Below are positions 38,159 through 51,262 of a stretch of 64,000 nt of DNA, piece after piece (positions within the stretch are counted from its first letter, which is position 1; each line of letters begins with the position of its first letter). Under the pieces are notes generated by a model. It was not told the origin of the DNA. It was given only the letters and a program-made list of their open reading frames with translations, and did no database searches. Source of the stretch: Takakia lepidozioides (taxonomy: Eukaryota > Plantae > Bryophyta); NCBI GenBank assembly GCA_030704615.1, contig CM060733.1:29698001-29762000 (forward strand), written 5' to 3'. The position numbers and the translations under genes are program-made.

Positions 38159-41100
38159 TTTAAGGTAGTTACACCCAAATGTGAGCGCTTAAGCAGATAT
38201 GCCCATACAATTGGTGCAGTAAGGGGAAAAATTATATGACTGGATGAGCAATTGAACAAACAGCTTGTGGTTTGAATTGCATGAATTTTGGACGAAGTGG
38301 CTAATTGATATATATTATCAAAGTGGCAGGGCACAAAAATGCTATGCCTGAGCTATAGAGGGTACCATAACTCACTGAAATATTATCTAATATGAAGCCT
38401 ACATGTGACCTGATATGCACGAGATGTGCACTTGAAATGGCCCAATAACTCACCCAACTTCGGCCCACAAGAGCAAAAGGTATCCTATAAAAGGCCTCCA
38501 TTTGGCAAATACGCTGGTCACAGTATTCAGTACGTTTTTGTTCATCTAACAAAGCACCATGGGGCCCACAATGCCCATGAAGGAACCTAAATCAGCCCGT
38601 TTGCAGTAAGGTCGCCATTTAAGGGCAGGCAGGACCACTTTACACCCCAAAAATAGGGGTCCATTTTGAGACCTGCTCATATTTGGGTGTTTCTACCTTA
38701 TCTTAAAATGAGAGGCGTCCAAAAGAAGGTCAACTGAGAACTGGTTTTGCGAAAGATCCACAGAAACTGCCTTTGCGATTGTATGGTAGGGGAGTCAGTT
38801 ATTGATTGACTAATTTCAGGGTATGAAAGGAATGCTACATTGGCATGGATGATTTGGATGACCTCTACATTGGGCACTTACACAAAGCAACACAAAATGA
38901 GGTTGAAACCCTGATCTGCACGACATTGTGAGAAACAATCCATCCTCGACAATTTCGTCAATCCAAGGTTGTCTCTTCATCACCAATTTGGCGAGCTCAA
39001 AGCTCCACGGATGATATGAATATTCGCCACCAAACACGAAGTGGCCAGGCAACTCAATACCATGTCCCTAGGATGGAGCATAGAACACAGTTGTCTTTCC
39101 TGGTTTCTCTTCAACAAAATGTAGACACATCCAGCTCAGGATTCCTCGGCTGCATCCCTGGCTGCTGCTCTCGAGTTTGCTGTGAGGGAATTCCCGTATC
39201 CAAGGAAATCTACTGTCTCGGCCGCCGATGGCAGTGATGCTCACAAGGCAGCACTGCCTTCCGGCGGAGCGAGGAGCCAAGCTTCATAACACGGGGCAGC
39301 AGGGGTGAAACACCACCTCCTGCTCCAGCACCCCGTTGCAAAGTCTTAAACAATAAAGTAAGGGTCCTTTTCGACCCACCCACGCCCTTTTTTTTTTCTC
39401 CAGAGAGTATTCATGCATTCATGCAGGCAAATGAATCCTCATTGAAGAATGTGGAAGATTGTGGGCTGCATCATGGCAGAACACATCGCCCTGTGCTTTT
39501 CCTGTCGTGGCCTCTGAAATGGAGGGCAGTGTTCAATCTCGGATTCTTCATTCTGATGAATTTCCTGGTATCAAAGGCAGCTGTTCGACACTTCAAGCTA
39601 GAGAGAGGAGTGAGTGAAAGAGTCTGGGCAAGTTTGCTATCCCGTACTCTTGGATATGAACAGAAAGACAGAAAAGTCACTCTGAGGAAAGATGTCAATG
39701 TGGAAGTAGAGGATGCGATTATAATGATGAGGTCGGTAATACCAGTTGGATTGCAGCTATTTGCGCTGCTGCCTGTCCTGGGAGGTGACAGTGGTGTGAT
39801 GTCAGGCCTCATCTCCAAGTCTCGATCGTAAGCACCTCCTTGTCGAACAGCCTATAACAATACTAGAGGTGAAATTTTTAGATATGGAGAACGTACTGTT
39901 TGCAAGTAATCTGATACCTTGAAGCTTCCAATGTGTCAAACCTTATTTCATATTGTGTCCGTGCAGCTTGTTGGTGCTCACAGCTTTTCTCTTGTCGGCT
40001 GCCATTCTGGCCAGATCGTTTGTACCTCGATTTCTAAAATTGATGGTGCGCCTCTCAGTCCAGGTGGTTTACAAAAATACTAGTGATCTAGTCCCATCTA
40101 TGATAGACCCCGCCAGAGTGATTCAGACTGATGAATTTGTCCTTTACTGAGATTAACGGATTGAAAGGATTGTACGCCAAGATTCCAAATTGATTGTCGC
40201 TCATGATGGCAAAGCTGTTCTATAGATAAATTATAAGTCACGTTGCTTTCGTGACTCTGAGCAAGCGTTAACGGGTGGCACTTCAGACTTTAGACCTCTG
40301 CCATTAACCTTAGGCGCAGTGTCTATGTCTATAGCTGTGCAGTCAGTTTTTTAAGTGTGTCGACTTGTTGTTGTGTATCAATTCCCAGACCATGTGGATG
40401 AGTGACCCCTGAAGAGATCTCGAAGAGATATGAGTTCGATGGGTCTATGGTCTTTTGCTAGAGACAGTCAAAGGAACCAACTCTCTTTTTTCGGCCTCTT
40501 TTTTGTTCCTGAAAGGAACCTGGAGCTGTACCCTCATGTTATTGAAATGCAGATGTACCTTGCAAAAGACCAGAGTACAGACAGTTGTTATTAAGCATCT
40601 CATATCTCAAAGCTTCCCCAGGGCCCCAATATCCTGTTTTGATGGCTGTTTTGTAGACAGGTGATTACAGGGTTACTGATTGTCTTTTTCCAGCTCCCTG
40701 TGAGGGATCTGTCATGAATGTTGAAATTGTCCCTTTCCATCCCCACAGCTAGCACTGTAATTGCAAAGATTGCGATAAGGTCAATTTAGGCAAGTGAGAG
40801 AATGTCATGGTTGGTTGCATCCAGAGGAAGTCTGCAGTAAGTCTCTATAGGTTGCTGCATCATAGACCCAATTGAAGGCATAGGGATGGGAAGTAGATGG
40901 GTGAGCTGATAAATGATGGAGAGCTAGGAAGGGGAACATAGGCACTGTATTGCAAAGCAGATGGAGATCATGTCATGGTTTGCAATTCGACTTGCTTTGT
41001 TTGCAGGTGAAGGGAATAACCCAGTTGTACATAACATCTGAAATCTTCAGAACATGCTGGTTGATAAGAACTGGACTGTGAAGTAGGTCTTCTGATGCCT

Positions 41101-41948
41101 CTGTATTATGTAGTGCATCATCCAAGCTTAAGCTTAAGCTGCAGCTGGTTTCAAACTCAGGTGATGCTGATTGTCTCACCAAGTATACTAGGGTGGTAAT
41201 TTCCAGTAATATCTGCCACTTCATGTATTTTTTTTAATTCTCGACAGCTGTAGAAAGTTTCATAATTCACGTGAAACAATAGAAAGGGAAACCCTAAATC
41301 ATCAATGTAAACATTCCATTCTAAGAAGAACTCACGCATTCAAATTACAAGAATGTACAGAACCGACTCAAACCAAAAGAAAGAAACGCCATGTTCGATA
41401 TTTTAGCATTTTCAACAACAATCTGGCACCCAAGACTAGCGAAGATTCTGTGAGCAAAAGGAATAGTGTGGCCAGTTTCGAAATTGAAAGTAACCAATAT
41501 AGCCTTGAGATATGGAATGATCCAGAATCGTCTCGAAACCTTGCCGATCACTCCGACTAAGGTGATCAACTTTTGCGGCCAGAGCTTCAGCTCCACTTCA
41601 ACGTATGGAATCCAAGCAACTCAATTGACAGTTATCATCCGCCATGTATGCAAACTCAATGGAATATCAAAGTCACACCCGTCATCATCGATGAGGTCGG
41701 CGCCTGGTCGGTGATTTGGCCGAACAAAGCTCGGGCGAATGATATACTTCCATAGATGGATTTGCTGCTGAGAACAATCGTACACTGAAACAGAAGTGAA
41801 CGAATAGGTGATTGAAAAGATGACTCTGTCAGAAAATGCTTACCAGCTGATTTGTCTTGGCAGTGGATCCTTCTCGACTACAACCAGAACCATCTGAAGT
41901 GACTGCAAAGCCAGCTAAAGTTCGGTGCTCTCGATCGTGCCCAGGCTC

Positions 41949-42020
41949 CTCCAGCTCTTTCTGGAACGATCACCTACTCCTGTAGACCTCCGCGTCTGGC
42001 CTCTTACACTCTGTATAAAT
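41949..42020 (+). promoter_or_regulatory. Heat-shock element and TATA box of the sHSP gene
   Basis: TTCtgGAAcgATC at 41959-41971 and TATAAAT at 42014, about 185 bp upstream of the ATG. Confidence 0.55.
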
Positions 42021-42198
42021 GCATCACTGAGCTCATCGGATTCATCAAAACCGCCTTCAAATCCTCCTATAGCAATTCGAGAGCAGTCGAAGCACAATTG
42101 AACTTGGGTCCTCAAGTCCTCTTCCTTGTACTTTCTCATTTGAGCTTACAGTTCTTGAGTTCTCGACCCAGCTAGAAGGTCACTTAGTGAGAGAAATT

Positions 42199-43088
42199 AT
42201 GGCTCTTGTTTTGTCACCGTGGTTCGGGAGAGGGTGCGGGCGCCGCACAATTAGGCCGTTCAGCTTCGGCAGCCCTTCTCTGTTCACCGACCTCGTCGTC
42301 ATCAAAGTTCCGCAGATGCAGATGAGGCAGGCTTCATGTGCGCCGGTGCAGGGCCGTATTCCCGCCATGCCCAATGCTCGTGTCGTGCAATGGTCTGAGA
42401 CGGCAGACTTGAACATCTTCAAGCTTCGCCTGCCAGGTACCAATCATTTGAGTTACCCACACAGTCTTTTTGATTAGCTACTCCTGGTTAACGAATTTGA
42501 TTCTGCAGTTTCATGTTTAATATTGACTCCGAGTGAGTTTTTCTATTGGTAGCTCAAACAAGGCGCGACACCATGTCACTGCCTCTTGCAGCCATCCACA
42601 CAATTGTTTGCAGCCGTGACCCAACTGATTTTTGATTGAATATTTGAATTATCTGGACAGGCTTGAAGAAGGAGGACCTGCACATCCAGGTAGAAGACGA
42701 TCGAACTCTGTACATTAGTTACAGTAACCAGCCTAAAGAAGAAGCCCAGCAGGAAACCACGGACAAAGAAGCTGCCACTACTGATGCGCAATCCAAATTA
42801 GAGCAGAAACCCGGCAGCTGCAGCTTCATGCGCAAGTTCAAGCTTCCAGGGAATGCCGACTTGGATCAGATCAAAGCGGAAGTTGCCAACGAGACGTTGA
42901 CGGTCACAGTGCCGAAGCGGAAGCCGAAGACACCCGAGACTCGCAAAATCGAAGTGAGTGAAGGCGGAGCTGCAGCAACGAATTCACAGGCCACCTCCTC
43001 CACCACTCCATCACCCGAGGGCAAGGCCGCCGAGAAATCTAAGCAGCCTTCATCATCGGACGCAAAGCCTTCGACCTCCACTGCATAG
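42199..43088 (+). CDS. Small heat-shock protein / alpha-crystallin-domain protein, 2 exons (42199-42436, 42661-43088), 221 aa
   Basis: VQWSETADLNIFKLRLPG|LKKEDLHIQVEDDRTLYIS...SFMRKFKLPGNADLDQIKAEVANETLTVTVPK...RKIEV; phase-1 GT-AG intron. Confidence 0.9.
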
Positions 43089-43790
43089 AGCTCAGTGGAG
43101 TTTCGACAGCTACCTAAATGCGGCACACTCTACTGTACTAGATCTTGGATCCCAAAGGAATACCCCTCGTAGATTGTGTCGCACTTGGATGCGCTTTCCT
43201 TTCGTAATGTCGTAGCTGTTCTTGTGTTTTTGGTATCACCAGCACTGTGACATGGCTTTTCTTTGCATTCAGATGTGCATCACGATTTGATCGTGTTTGT
43301 ATCCTGATTGCAAGGCGTATGTATAGAATAAGACCTCAGCAGGAACTGTAGAGAAATTAGTTCAGTGCTTGAGCAGATTCAATGGTGTATTTAGTTTTAA
43401 TGTGCAGACGCTCTGCTTCTGCATCACTATTAATAAAAGCTATATGTCACGTTACAGCATCAAAGTTAGCCTCTTTGTACGTTAGAATTACAGGCCTGCA
43501 AAGATGAGATTGTATATTACCACAGGACCGATGCCTACTAGAGACCTCATTTGGCCAGTTTGGGAAGAGCGAATAGCTTGGGGCCGCGGGAGGATTGGAG
43601 AGGAACGAAGTGGCCCGTCCATGGGAGGTAGACACATGCACTCTAAGGTGGTTGGAGTGGCCAATGGGATCGTGTACATGCAACGACTTTTTGTTTTTGT
43701 TTTTTGGTGCATGGGATAGGCCCACCTGTACGTCTAGGTCAGCGTAGAAGTAAGTAGGATGGGCTTGGGATGAGCGGTGGGCCCTCCTAC

Positions 43791-43868
43791 TTCTAGAGCT
43801 TTCCAGAAGCATAATGAGGTGGTGGCCCCTCTAGAAAGCTCCAGCACAGCCTGCAAAGACAATATAAA
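43791..43868 (+). promoter_or_regulatory. Orphan heat-shock promoter (two HSE arrays + TATA)
   Basis: TTCtaGAGctTTCcaGAA (43791-43808), CTCtaGAAagCTC (43829-43841), TATAAA at 43863. Confidence 0.6.
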
Positions 43869-44041
43869 GAGGGTAAGGGGTATGGAGTTTATTAAGTTTC
43901 TTCCGCCTCCCTTTGCTTTGCTGGGCTATGCAAGCATGGCCCTTTAGAAAATAGAAATTTGGAACCTCAACCATCAACTAATTAAAAAATCTCTTACTAT
44001 GCTGCATTACTATGTTGCATTAAGTTGAGTTTTGTACAAAG

Positions 44042-47000
44042 TTATTGGTGGACACAGGAGCGTCGCACTCCTTCAGGACACCGGCAACGGCACGGAAGTT
44101 GGGACTCCCGACAAGTGATGTGGGGGCTTCTATTGAGGTGCGTTCTAAAAGAGAACCACAATTGGCGACGAGGTTGGCGTTCGATGTTCCTCTTCAGCTC
44201 GGGAGCTGGGAGGGACGTGAGAACTTCACCATTTGCGAGATCGATGGAGTGGATCTCATTTTGGGGATGACCTTTTTGAGCAAATTAGGAGCGGTCATAG
44301 ATGGCCGCAAGAGAATAGTCACGCTACCGTGTGGGAATGGTGGCGAAGTTTTAAGAGTGTCGGAAACGTCAACCCAGTGGGAGGGCAAATAAACCTGTTG
44401 TCAGCGAAAAAGTGGGCCGTGGAGGAGCCACACGAGCCCCAGTTTTTGCTCTACGTAAGACAAGTGAAGGGAGAAGGCGATGGGGATCCGAACCCAGATT
44501 GGATCAAGGGGATTTTGGAGAAATATCAAGATATGATGCCGGAGGATTTACCAAGCGGCTGGCCACCGCGAAAAGGAGTTGACCACAAGATTGAGGTGAT
44601 ACCGGGATCGGAGCCGCCTGCCAAGGCGCTCTACCGGTTGAGCCACAGAGAGTTGGTCGAGCTGAAGACTCAGCTCAAGGATCTAATGTCAAAAGGGTAC
44701 ATCTGGCCGAGTAAGTCACCTTACGGAGCCCTGGTGCTATTCGCGGATAAAAAGGACGGGACGCTGCGGATGTGTGTCGATTATAGGGCTCTGAATAAGG
44801 TGACTATAAAAAACCGATACCATTTGCCAAGGATCGACGACCTCTTCGATCGGTTGGCAGGAGCGAAGTATTTCAACCGGATCGATTTGCGCTCCGGGTA
44901 TCATCAAATTCGAGTGGCGGAAGGAGATGAGGAAAAGACCGCGTGTAGGACAAGGTATGGTTTATATGAGTTCTTGGTGATGCCTTTTGGGCTCACCAAC
45001 ATACCCGTAACCTTTAGCACGCTAATGAACAGCCTTTTCCAGGAGTGGTTGGACGACTTTGTGATCGTGTACATCGACGACATCTTGGTGTACTCGAAAA
45101 CAAATGAAGAGCACCTGGAGCAGCTCAAAAGGGTGTTCCAGAAATTACGGGAAGGGAAGCTGTATGCCAAAGCTTCAAAGTGCGAATTCGGGGTCACAAA
45201 AGTGGAGTTCTTGGGGCATGTGATGACACAAGATGGGATCAAAATGGATGACAGAAAGGTGAGAGCAATCTTGGACTGGGAGCCTCCGACTTCGGTCCCA
45301 GAAGTGCGATCCTTCTTAGGACTCGCCTCCTATTACCGAAAGTATGTGAGAAATTTCGCCAAGATCGCGGGGCCGCTGTCAGACCTCCTGTGTAAATCCA
45401 AAGTCTGGGTATGGAACACCTTTTGTGGCCAAGCTTTTGCCGAGTTGAAGCAGCGGATGACAGAAGCTCCAGTCCTGAAAATCCCGGAGTTCAACCGCCC
45501 ATTTGAGATTCATACGGATGCGTCGGACTTCGCGATTGGAGGTGTACTCATGCAGGATGGACGTCCAGTGGCTTACGAAAGTAAGAAACTGAATGAAGTG
45601 GAGTGGCGGTGGCCAACGCACGAGAAAGAGATGAAGGCGGAAAACATTGCCTTAAGCTTTGGCGCCACTATGTTGGTTCCAACCCGGTAAAGGTGTTCAC
45701 GGACAATGTCACGGTGAAGTATTTTGCCACGCAGCCTAAGTTGTCCCCAAAACAACTTAGGTGGCAAGACACTTTGGCAGTGTTCGACGTGAATATCCAG
45801 TACAAACCGGGATGGGACAATGTGGTGGCCGATGCTTTAAGTAGAAAGCAGCAGCTCATGTTAGTGTACAAGGGCGAGACGGTGCTTCAGAGGAAGATCC
45901 GGAAGACTTACCGGAAGGATGAGATGACGAAGTCCGTGATGCGGGACTTGAGGATGGGGGTTAAATCGCAGTTCCACTTGCAAAATGGACTACTACGGTA
46001 CAAACAAAAGTGTCTCTACGTGCCGAAGGAAGGGATCAAAGATAGTCTCTTGAGAGAATGTCATGATGGCCCGCTTGCGGGCCACGGCGGAGCCAAGCGC
46101 ACCGCAACACTCTTGAAAAAAGAGTATTTCTGGCCCAAACTAAGGGAGGAGGCCGAAGAGTATGTCAAGACGTGCACCACATGCCAACAAAACCGGAGCG
46201 AGTACAAAAAGCAAGCGGGGCTGTTACAACCTTTGCCGATTCCAGATGGGTCTTGGGAAAGTGTCTCGATGGACTTCATGACTGCTATGCCGCTGTCAAA
46301 AGGATTCGATGCAATCATGGTGGTGGTGGATAGGTTCAGTAAAATGGGCCATTTCATCCCTACCAAGGAGCCTGCAACGGCACAAGAGACGGGGCGACTT
46401 TACTTCGCCCACGTCTTCAAGCATCATGGACTCCCGAAGGATATTGTCTCGGACCGCGATCCAAAGTTTACTAGTAAATTTTGGAGGGTACTTTGGAAGA
46501 AAATGGGGACGAGGCTCAAAATGAGCACCGCCTTCCGACCTACGACGGACGGCCAAACGGAAAGGGTGAATTCCGTGGTGAAGCAGATCTTGCGGAATTA
46601 CGTGTCAGCGGATCAATCGGACTGGGTGGAGTACTTAGATGCGGCAGAATTCTGTTATAATAACACAAAACACTCCGCAACGGGAGTTTCCTCTTTCGTA
46701 TTGGTCTATGGAAAAGCACATCTGGTGCCGACAAGTTGGGCCGCCTAAGACGTTGAGGAACCGGCAGCAGTGCTAGAAGAATGCGAACGTTTGTTAAAGC
46801 TCGCAAAGTACAACATTGCCAAAGCTAGGAAACGGTATGAACGGCAGGCGAATCGGAAGCGGAGGGAGGTCAAGTTTGAGGCAGACACGGAGGTCTGGTT
46901 GAACATCAAGAATTTTCGACTACCTCCGGAAGTGAGTCCGAAGTTCGTACCTCCGTATGCGGGACCCTTTCGCATCCGGAAGGTTATGAATGAGGATGTG

Positions 47001-48505
47001 TATGAATTGGAGCTGCCGGCAAACAGCAAGGTGCATCCGATATTCCACGTCTCCTTTTTGAAGCCTTACTTTAAAGATGAAGCGCGTCCGAATCGGCATC
47101 TAGTGTTGCGTCCGCCACCTGTGCTGTTGGATCATGAAAATGAACCTGAGTACGAGGTGGAGGCAGTGCTTAAGTCGAGGAGGTTCAAGAATCAAGAAAC
47201 GGAGTATCTCGTGAAATGGAAGGGCTATCATCATGTGGAGGCATCTTGGGTGCGTGCCTCAGAAATGGGAAACGCATCCGAGGCGGTTACAGCTTTCGAA
47301 GGGCGACCTCAAAAGCGGAAGAAGCGTTGATGGGGACATCAACCTTGGATCGTGGGGGAGGAAATGCATGCTTAGCCCGGCTTAGCTAGCTCAGGAATCC
47401 GATTGCAAAAACTTGTATTGTACAAATTTTGTTATAAATGAAATGGTTTCCAAATGTTCTGCGTCCTATTTTGTTTGGAATGGTGATGCATGGTATGGTT
47501 GGCTACTGTGTAGAATGTATGCTAAGCTTACAAAGTGGGAGAGGTAAATTGGATTAATCGTGTGTTTGTGTGGCGCCGAAATCGGGTGACTCCCACCCAA
47601 GGGGCAAGGAAACTTGCACCTTCGTTGGGAGTTCATGTGCTAGTGCGCACCTGGCGTGTGCGCGTACTATAATTGCGCTACCGAGGGGGTTGCCTTGTAG
47701 TGCGGGCTAACGCGGAAACTACGTACTTCCGTTCACGTACTATAATCGTGTAGCCTCGGGACGAAGTCGTAGTGCGGCTTCGGCGTGTTCCCGTACCTCA
47801 GGCCAGCATTCCAAGGCGGACCCAATTGTGATTGGGGAGCACGGTTGGTTCAAGGTTATCTTCCTAGTAAAAAAGGGTTTAAGGCGAGCCCTTGCTCAAG
47901 GTGATGCCAAAAGCGATATCACGAGCGGTCACAAACAAATGTTGTTGCAGTAAGGCAATTCGATCATCGAGGAGGATCGTTCCTTGGCCCTGAAGTGGGT
48001 CAAGAAGAGTGCACTGGGAGGAGCTTGAGAGGCTCCACCCTTGGCCGGGACTTGGAGGAAGTCGACAGTGTCGCGCTCCAAGTCTCCAATGTGCGCGACA
48101 CTGTCCGCGGGGGTTCCACAAACAACACCATCCTTTTATGGCAAACCACCACGAAGACCCTCGATTCCCGGTGATGAGTCGCGGTGAGTCTTAGCCCACC
48201 CACCACGGCCCCATTGGACCGTGATGAGTCCCAAGACTCCCCACGACTCCCACCACAAGGTTTCCGCCCCATGGTGAGTCCTATGTCACCCCCACTAAGT
48301 TCCGCTAAGCTACCACCACCCCTCGTGGAGCCACCCCCACCGCCGGTGTGCGGGGCTCCACCTAGTGAGCGCCTCCGCCTCTTTGAGTGCCTTGGGCACT
48401 CAAGGGTGCTTCAGCCCCCCGTACCTATTGATGCCACCGCCCCCACCACAGGGGCAGCCCCCTCTGCGTCCCGACCCCCTGCCCTCAAGGCAAAGGGCCG
48501 CGACA
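44042..48505 (+). mobile_element. 5'-truncated Ty3/Gypsy chromovirus (PR-RT-RH-INT-chromodomain, PPT, probable 3' LTR 47365-48505)
   Basis: [61 protein letters not shown]...CTTCQQ, SVSMDF, SDRDPKF, DGQTER, GPF, chromodomain EYEVEAVLK..YLVKWKGY, PPT gggggaggaaa. Two frameshifts and a stop; gag and 5' LTR absent. Confidence 0.92.
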
Positions 48506-48672
48506 CGATAACAAGGTGTGGTAACAGTTCCCAGTCCAGATCCCCAACCATCAAAGTTAGCCGGAGTGGAATTGAGGCTTTCTTACGTAAAAATCGCCCA
48601 AATGGAATAGACTGATTTAAATATGGTCTACATACTAAGCCCTTGCATGTTTGGAAATCAAGTATCAAGTAG

Positions 48673-48803
48673 CAAACAGAAGTGATGATCGTCGACGATA
48701 ATCACCTCTACCCAAATGCCAAAACAGATCAGAAGTGATGATCGGCACCGACAACCACTTCTGCTTTGTTTTTTTTTTTTTTTTGGAAGAATACGGAGAA
48801 AGG

Positions 48804-48835
<32 letters not shown>

Positions 48836-49530
48836 AGAGCAAAGCAGAAGTGATTGTCGGTGCCGATCATCAAAAGTGATTATCGGTTCTGCTCTGTTTT
48901 TTTTTTTTTTGAACAATACAGAGAAGGAAAAAAAAGAAAAAAAGAAAACAGAGCAAAGCAGAAGTGATTGTCGGTGCCGATCATCATAAGTGAATGTCGG
49001 CACTGACAATCGCTTCTGCTCTGTTTTATTTTATTTTATTTTATTTCCGTAATTAAAATAAATAAATAAAGAAAAAAACATAGGTTGTCGGTGCCGATCA
49101 TCATAAATGATTGTCGGCACCGACAATCACATCTGCTCTGTTTTGTTTTTTTTTTGTTTTTTTTTAATTACGGAAAAAAAAAAAACTAGAGCAGAAGTGA
49201 TTGTTGGTGCCGATCATCAGAAGTGATTGTCGGCACCGACAATCACTTCTGCTCTGTTTTTTTTTTTTCTGTGGAACAATACGGAGAAGGAAAAAATAAA
49301 AAATAAAAAATAAAAAATCTGTTTATTTTATTTCTTTGGGAACAATATGCAGTTAAAAATAATAATAATAATAAACAGAGCAGAAATGAAATGAAACCGA
49401 TCATTAGAAGTGATCGGTGCCGACAATCACTTCTACTCTGTTTTTTTTTTTTTTTTGTCCCTTTTTTTCAAAAAAAAGAAAAAAACAGAGCAAAGTGATG
49501 ATCGGTGCCGACAATCACTTTTGCTTTGTT
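48673..49530. repeat. Array of ~27-bp units (agaagtgattgtcggtgccgatcatca) in alternating orientation, separated by poly-A/poly-T tracts
   Basis: Repeated cagaagtgattgtcggtgccgatcat / tgtcggcaccgacaatcacttctgct blocks forming nested inverted repeats. Confidence 0.85.
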
Positions 49531-50329
49531 TTTTTTTGTTTTTTTGTTTTCCGTATTGTTCTTGAAAAAAAATTGCTCCTGTCTCTTTTGTGTCGCTATG
49601 TACTGCAGGCTTCTTTTTGATACCGTGATCCCTTTTCTCTTCGTTATTTTGGGAGGAAACATGATCTTCCTTGGTTAGCCTCAATGGAGCCTTATGAGGT
49701 TATTTTGTCCTCATTGTAATTGTTATTGTAAAACTTACAATTGTAATTGCAGAATGTGGTGGAATAGATCCGACGGTTTTAGGCGCATTTCCCATTTTGG
49801 GTATTTTGATGGTATTCTTGATGGTATTTTGGTTTCATATTCCCTAAATTCATCCTACGGTCATAGGACCCTCGGGTATAGGCGTCGTATGTTTCGGTTG
49901 ACGTGGCGGATGCTGACATGGTGCCACGTCAACATTCGACACCATGGCAACCTGTTGGCATCACGCTCACGCCACGTCACCAATGTGTGAGCGTACACCC
50001 ACACGCTCACGTGTGAGGCTCGCGCGGTTGCGTCGTTGATATTTTTGTGATACGAGTCCAACACTGGTTTCAACTTGAGAAACCTAGTTGAATTTCAGTT
50101 TATATATGGTTTTTTTTTATTTTTTCATTTTTTCATTTTAGAAATACATAATTCATATGATTTGGATAAAAAAAAATCAAATCCCCATGATGGAGAGTTG
50201 TGCTTACGATACCAAATCCCTAGTTTGTCACGAGGTCTTGGTCCCTGGGTAGCAGGCTTGCCCTCGTGACTCACTATGAGGCAAAATGCGCCCTACGGTG
50301 AGCCTTATTTCATATAGAACTAGCAGATG

Positions 50330-51262
50330 TCCCAAACGTAGTTCAACTAGCAGGTGTCCAAAATTTGCTTGCAAGTGTCCAAAGTGGACCAATGGTTTGT
50401 AGTGAAAGTGAAATGGAAACTTGCAGCTTGACATGTTGTCGTCCTACACTATTGGGTGGAAGTGTACGAGCTGTTGTGCCTTTCAAGATGACTTGTAGTG
50501 GTAGGGTTGACCCAAAAGCTGAAGAAGATATTACTCCAATAATCTGCCTCAAAGTTTTGTCCTCCATATCTATGACATGAATATGTTTAGTTCCCTTGGT
50601 TTCCCAGTGTCTTCACCACCTGAAGGCACAAAGACGTATCCTGTTTGATTTTGTTGACCACTCACTGAGGTGGAATATTGTAAAGTTTGACGAGGTAAGC
50701 TACCCATTGTGCAATTAGTGTCCATTGTTTCTCCCCGTCTTTGGGAAGTTTCGATGTCGCTGTGGTTGACATTCAGTAAGACCAGTAAGGTAAGTCTACA
50801 TAAACAACCTAGTCCACCTCAGTGTCACCTTAAAGCCTCCACGCTTAGTAGCTCTGGTGCACGATTTTCACAATCCCACGGATGATTGGTTGCACAAGAG
50901 TTGTTGTAAGAGGTTGGCTTTTAGCTCTTGAGAATGCTCACGATTTCTTCTTTCAAATTTGGTTTTTTTTCCATAGTTGAGAGGTATTTGGTAGCAACAA
51001 GGGAGGCAATCCCTCATTTTATGATTTGTCTGAATTTTTCTTTCAGCACTCATTGTGGAGTAATCCATTATGCAAATGATCATTTGCTGAACTTGTCATA
51101 TGGGATATAAACTTCTCCAGGTTTCATGTGAAAAGCCTTGAGGTAATGCAAGGCTGCACCCAAGCTACAATGTCTTTTTACAACTGCGTAGATGGGAGGC
51201 CAGAGATGAGGAGCAAACCAATTGGTGTATATGATTGTTTGTTTGTGCGCCATGATATTCAT
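50330..51262 (-). pseudogene. pogo/Tc1-mariner DDE_1-type transposase relic
   Basis: YTNWFAPHLWPPI, QTGYVFVPSGG...KGTKHIHVIDMEDK..RQIIGVISSSAFGSTLPLQVILKGTTARTLP...NHWSTL; frameshifted. Confidence 0.7.

Noticed and set aside
38800-39831. Several 70-136 aa ORFs
   Set aside because: No recognisable domain or consistent splice structure.
40450-41760. Possible decayed LRR receptor kinase on the minus strand (DVMYN..VIP, IGALGKL)
   Set aside because: Only scattered short resemblances and no continuous frame.
43445-44040. 5' LTR of the chromovirus (starts tgtcac, has a TATA)
   Set aside because: No similarity to the sequence after the PPT (47365 onward), and no PBS or gag follows.
48673-49530. 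CRISPR-like repeat-spacer array
   Set aside because: Units alternate in orientation, spacers are homopolymers, the context is eukaryotic and there are no cas genes.
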